This document shows positions 60,564 to 64,000 of a DNA stretch of 64,000 nt, piece by piece. The number at the start of each line of letters is the position of its first letter. Position 1 is the stretch's first letter. The stretch is from an uncultured cyanobacterium (GTDB taxonomy: Bacteria > Cyanobacteriota > Cyanobacteriia > Cyanobacteriales > Cyanobacteriaceae): positions 192,001 through 256,000 of the forward strand of contig CAVQBA010000005.1 in NCBI GenBank assembly GCA_963710605.1, written 5' to 3'. Position numbers and translations under genes: made by a program. Below the pieces are notes generated by a model, which was not told the DNA's origin, searched no databases, and saw only the letters and a list, made by a program, of their open reading frames with translations.

Positions 60564-62051
60564 TCAATTCCCCTTCCAGCTTCCATGAAGCCCATAAGGA
60601 ATATGTTGACGAAGATGTAAAGTCGCTACAGGTTGAGATATATCCAGCCCATCAAAAATAATTAAATCAGAGCGGTGATGCTCGCTATCATAGATTAAAT
60701 CCAATATCCAGCCATCATCTTCAGACTTAGGTTGTGCTTTAGGTACAAAAACAGGCTCACCTGCAAATCCTTTAGGTGCAAAAGAATACAACTGTTGTTC
60801 GCATTTGACTAAATCTAGTTTTAATAATGCTTGTAAAGGAGCATTTGCTATATTACCGTGAGTTGCCCCAATAAATACATAACGATAATCTTCTCCTACT
60901 TTACTCGGATTAATAGTCGGAAACTCAACACAACGCTCGTCGATTAATTCTTTCGTTACTTTTTTTGTCGCTAGATTAAGTTTAAACCGCCATAATTGCC
61001 CCGGTGCTAAACTTTCAAAATTTACTTCTAAAAAGCTAGTATCAGGTTCAATTTGAGTCAATTCGTCATAACAAATAGAATCAACTACAATTTCTTGCTC
61101 ATTAACCTCAAAAGCATTAGCATGATGGAAAATAAATCCTGCTTCTACATCAAGAATAATAGCTTCTTGACCAGATTGTTGACGAGGAATAAGAATAATT
61201 TTAGTTGGTTTATCACCTTGGAAATTAACACATTCTCCCGCACCTCTTAAACCAAAAAGGAAGGGTAAAGGATTGAAAGTAGTCGGATTTTGGAAAAAGA
61301 TACAGTAGTTAGGTGTAATGACAAAATCATGGATGAAAGAAAAACCCGGAATAATATGGTTATATTTTTCAATTATTTTTCCTGACTCATCAAATTCGTA
61401 AAGATTGATTGTGCTAGAAAGCCCTGTTTTAATTCCAAAATTAACTAACGAAGGTTGGTCATGGTTAAATTGAGAATGAGGATCAATTTTTGGATGTGCT
61501 GAAAATGACTCTCCTTCATCTAAAACGCCATCTAAGTTATCAATACCGATCGTTTCTAAAGTATCTGGATTCAAATGATGTGGTTTCGCCGCTTCCCATA
61601 ATGCTAATAATTTGTCACCCCAATGAATAACATTAGTGTTAGCAATATTTTTAATTTTAAGATCGAATAAATTAGCTAAAAATCCACCGGGTTTCTGACT
61701 CCCGAAGACACCTCGATAAAGCATTTTTCCTGCTTTTTGTTCTTCTAGATATTCTTTAGTTTTGACAAAACTATTACGAAAATGACATTTACCATCAGAA
61801 AACGTAAATGCACAGATCATACCATCACCGTCAAATGGGTGTTGTAATGGTGTACCATGAACATCTAATAATCCAGGACCATTACGATACAGTGTACCTG
61901 ATAATTCTGAAGGTATTTCTCCTTCAATATGATCAATTAAATATTCTGATTCGTTATATTGAGATTCATAACCCTTACGCCAATCTGAAAGGGAATATGA
62001 TTGCTCTTCTAATAATTGCTGTTCTTGTTGTGGCATTTGAGAAAATGTCAA
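60564..62051 (-). CDS. Carotenoid oxygenase (RPE65/CCD family)
   Basis: LYRNGPG, HPFDGDG, FSAHPK, IHDF, FHHANA, EFP, EPVFVP, GLHG. Confidence 0.93.
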   Translation of the reverse strand: MTFSQMPQQEQQLLEEQSYSLSDWRKGYESQYNESEYLIDHIEGEIPSELSGTLYRNGPGLLDVHGTPLQHPFDGDGMICAFTFSDGKCHFRNSFVKTKEYLEEQKAGKMLYRGVFGSQKPGGFLANLFDLKIKNIANTNVIHWGDKLLALWEAAKPHHLNPDTLETIGIDNLDGVLDEGESFSAHPKIDPHSQFNHDQPSLVNFGIKTGLSSTINLYEFDESGKIIEKYNHIIPGFSFIHDFVITPNYCIFFQNPTTFNPLPFLFGLRGAGECVNFQGDKPTKIILIPRQQSGQEAIILDVEAGFIFHHANAFEVNEQEIVVDSICYDELTQIEPDTSFLEVNFESLAPGQLWRFKLNLATKKVTKELIDERCVEFPTINPSKVGEDYRYVFIGATHGNIANAPLQALLKLDLVKCEQQLYSFAPKGFAGEPVFVPKAQPKSEDDGWILDLIYDSEHHRSDLIIFDGLDISQPVATLHLRQHIPYGLHGSWKGN

Positions 62052-62316
62052 TTTTTTTTAATATTTATTAATAATTATAAGTACTATTTTCCACAAACGG
62101 CAAAAACAGAAGAATAAAAATATCAAAATTCACCGAGTTAGGAATCGTCCAGTTAAGAGTCAATGCTATTGTATTAACTGTTAGTTGTTAATTGTTATCT
62201 AAGTACAGAATTAAAATTAGTTTTCTAAATTAAGTTGCAAGATGTAAGTTAAAATGTAGATTAAGTTTTGTTAAGAAAATTCAGAAATAATTATAAAAGT
62301 TAAATACTCCTATACC

Positions 62317-63126
62317 ATGAGAAATCGTTTGCCTAGTTTAATTACCGTTATTTTAAGTATTTGCCTAATCTCTGTTGCAAGTTGGTTATTTACTCCCTAT
62401 CCTTGCGCTCAGGCGGTTAATAACCCTGAATTGTTACCTGAAACTGTGACACCTGTTGTGGATTTGGCTAATTATATTCCTGATTTGCAAGAAGAAAATT
62501 TAGTTAATGATTTTAACAAATTTGAAGCTGAAACAGGTTGGAAACTGAGAGTTTTAACTCAATATGAAAAATCTCCGGGGAGAGCGGTAATTAAATTTTG
62601 GGGTTTAGATGAGCAAAGTATTTTACTTGTAGCTGATGGTAAAGGTGGAAACATTTTGGCTTTTAGTGTTGGTGATGATGTTTATGATTTGTTACCACGT
62701 ACATTCTGGATTGAATTACAAACTAGATTTGGTAATATGTATTATGTCAGAGACAATGGCGAAAATAATGCGATCGTTACCGCAATGGATACAGTTAGAA
62801 ATTGTCTGGCTGATGGTGGTTGTTTAGTCGTACCGGGCTTACCTAGAGAGCAATGGATTTTAACTTTAATCACCTCAACTGTTGGGGGTGTTATTTTTGG
62901 TATTGCTGGATTACCTCGTAAAGAAGGACAAGTTTTTGCTTGGCAATGGGTATTGATTATTTCTCCATTATGGGGTATTCTTTTCCTTGCTTTTGGTATG
63001 GGCCCTGTCCTTACTCGTACTTCTGATTGGTTGCCTATTTTCCGTAATGTAGTTGGCTTTGTCTTAGGTGCTTTGGTCGCTTATTTATCACCTTTAATCA
63101 ATCGAGAAATAAATCCAGAAACCTAG
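62317..63126 (+). CDS. TPM-domain thylakoid protein
   Basis: Signal peptide; VVDLAN...FEAETGWKLRVLTQ...FWIELQTRFGN; C-terminal TM helices. Confidence 0.8.
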   Translation: MRNRLPSLITVILSICLISVASWLFTPYPCAQAVNNPELLPETVTPVVDLANYIPDLQEENLVNDFNKFEAETGWKLRVLTQYEKSPGRAVIKFWGLDEQSILLVADGKGGNILAFSVGDDVYDLLPRTFWIELQTRFGNMYYVRDNGENNAIVTAMDTVRNCLADGGCLVVPGLPREQWILTLITSTVGGVIFGIAGLPRKEGQVFAWQWVLIISPLWGILFLAFGMGPVLTRTSDWLPIFRNVVGFVLGALVAYLSPLINREINPET

Positions 63127-63167
63127 GGTAATAATTGATAATTGATAATTGATAATTAATAATTGTT

Positions 63168-63788
63168 ATGGAATGGAATATTTTAACGGCTCAAAATTTG
63201 GCGATTATCGATCGTAAAATTAATCGTGATTCTTTTTCTTTGTCAGAATCAGAAATAATTCGTCGTTTAATTTATACAACCGCTGATTTTGAGTATCAAT
63301 CAATTGTTAGTTTTTTACACGAGCCTTTACATTCGGGTGCGGCGGCTTTATCAGCAAGAGTACCTATATTAGTAGATAGCACAATTATTCAAGGAGGTAT
63401 CACTAATACGTTACAAGATACCTTTCTTAATCCTGTTTACTGTTTAGATAATATATCTTTACCTAGTGGTTTACCGTCAAATAAATCGAAAATTTGGAAA
63501 ACTGTAGCTCGTCGTTATCCTTCTGCTATTTATATTATTGGTGACAATTCTTTACTATTATTATCTTTGTTGGATTTGATTGAAGCACAACAAATCAAGC
63601 CGAGTTTAATTATTGCCACTCCAGCAGGATTTATCGGTAAAGAAATGATTAATAGTCGTCTGAAAAATTCTCCTGTGTCTCAAATTCGACTCGATAGTAG
63701 TAAAGGTGGCACAGGTAGTGCGATCGCAATTTTTCAAGGATTAGTTGATTTAGCTTGGATTGCTAGACATCAAAATTTAGCTAAATAA
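63168..63788 (+). CDS. cobH: Precorrin-8X methylmutase-like (CobH/CbiC family)
   Basis: IIRRLIYTTADFE, IIATPAGF, KGGTGSA; divergent copy. Confidence 0.75.
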   Translation: MEWNILTAQNLAIIDRKINRDSFSLSESEIIRRLIYTTADFEYQSIVSFLHEPLHSGAAALSARVPILVDSTIIQGGITNTLQDTFLNPVYCLDNISLPSGLPSNKSKIWKTVARRYPSAIYIIGDNSLLLLSLLDLIEAQQIKPSLIIATPAGFIGKEMINSRLKNSPVSQIRLDSSKGGTGSAIAIFQGLVDLAWIARHQNLAK

Positions 63789-63814
63789 TCAATATACTTA
63801 AAAAACTTTTTGAT

Positions 63815-64000
63815 TTAATTAGGTGAAACCCACATTAAAGTTTGACCGTACTCGACTGGTTCACCATTTTCTACGGCTATTTCAACTACTTTTCCTGAAA
63901 CTTCAGCTTCAATTTCATTCATTAGTTTCATCGCTTCGATAATACAGACAACTTGTCCATTACTAACATTATCACCCAGATCAACAAAAGAAGCTTCTCC
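63815..64000 (-). CDS. accB: Biotin carboxyl carrier protein (5' end outside the window)
   Basis: Manual translation GEASFV...[15 protein letters not shown]...VEYGQTL; EAMK biotinylation motif. Confidence 0.93.
   Translation of the reverse strand, partial: GEASFVDLGDNVSNGQVVCIIEAMKLMNEIEAEVSGKVVEIAVENGEPVEYGQTLMWVSPN

Noticed and set aside
60795-60803. Exact TTGTTCGCA outside the transposon
   Set aside because: Inside the carotenoid oxygenase CDS; consistent with a chance occurrence

Overview
AT-rich cyanobacterial DNA (HIP1/CGATCG-rich; Geminocystis/Cyanobacterium-like by gene content, which is inference). Positions 1072-44990 are a ~43.9 kb Tn7-like CRISPR-associated transposon (type I-B1 CAST layout: tnsA-tnsB-tnsC-tniQ-cas6-cas8-cas7-cas5-mini-array ... 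tnsD) inserted 24 bp downstream of glmS. Both ends are visible as TGT termini with TnsB-site arrays, but the 5-bp flanks do not match. The ~30 kb cargo holds a type III-B (III-Bv-like) CRISPR interference module: cas10/cmr2, cmr3, cmr4, cmr5, a cmr6-cmr1 fusion, a 20-repeat array, a CARF-HEPN effector, a WYL regulator and an adjacent DHH phosphoesterase, with no cas1/cas2. The rest of the cargo is a VirE-like ATPase, a DUF4407-like protein, several secreted or membrane proteins, IS remnants and MITEs. The most striking unexplained signal is a strand-oriented motif, TTT-x-(G)TTGTTCGCA, upstream of nine cargo transcription units, including the cmr operon, the CARF effector and a candidate small RNA; this suggests a transposon-wide regulon, possibly driven by the WYL protein. 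Positions 45015-64000 are ordinary host genes (glmS, lptC-like, sqdB, gcvH, T1SS pair, ndhQ, carotenoid oxygenase, cobH-like, accB). Four frameshifts are single-base insertions inside GATC and are probably sequencing artefacts.
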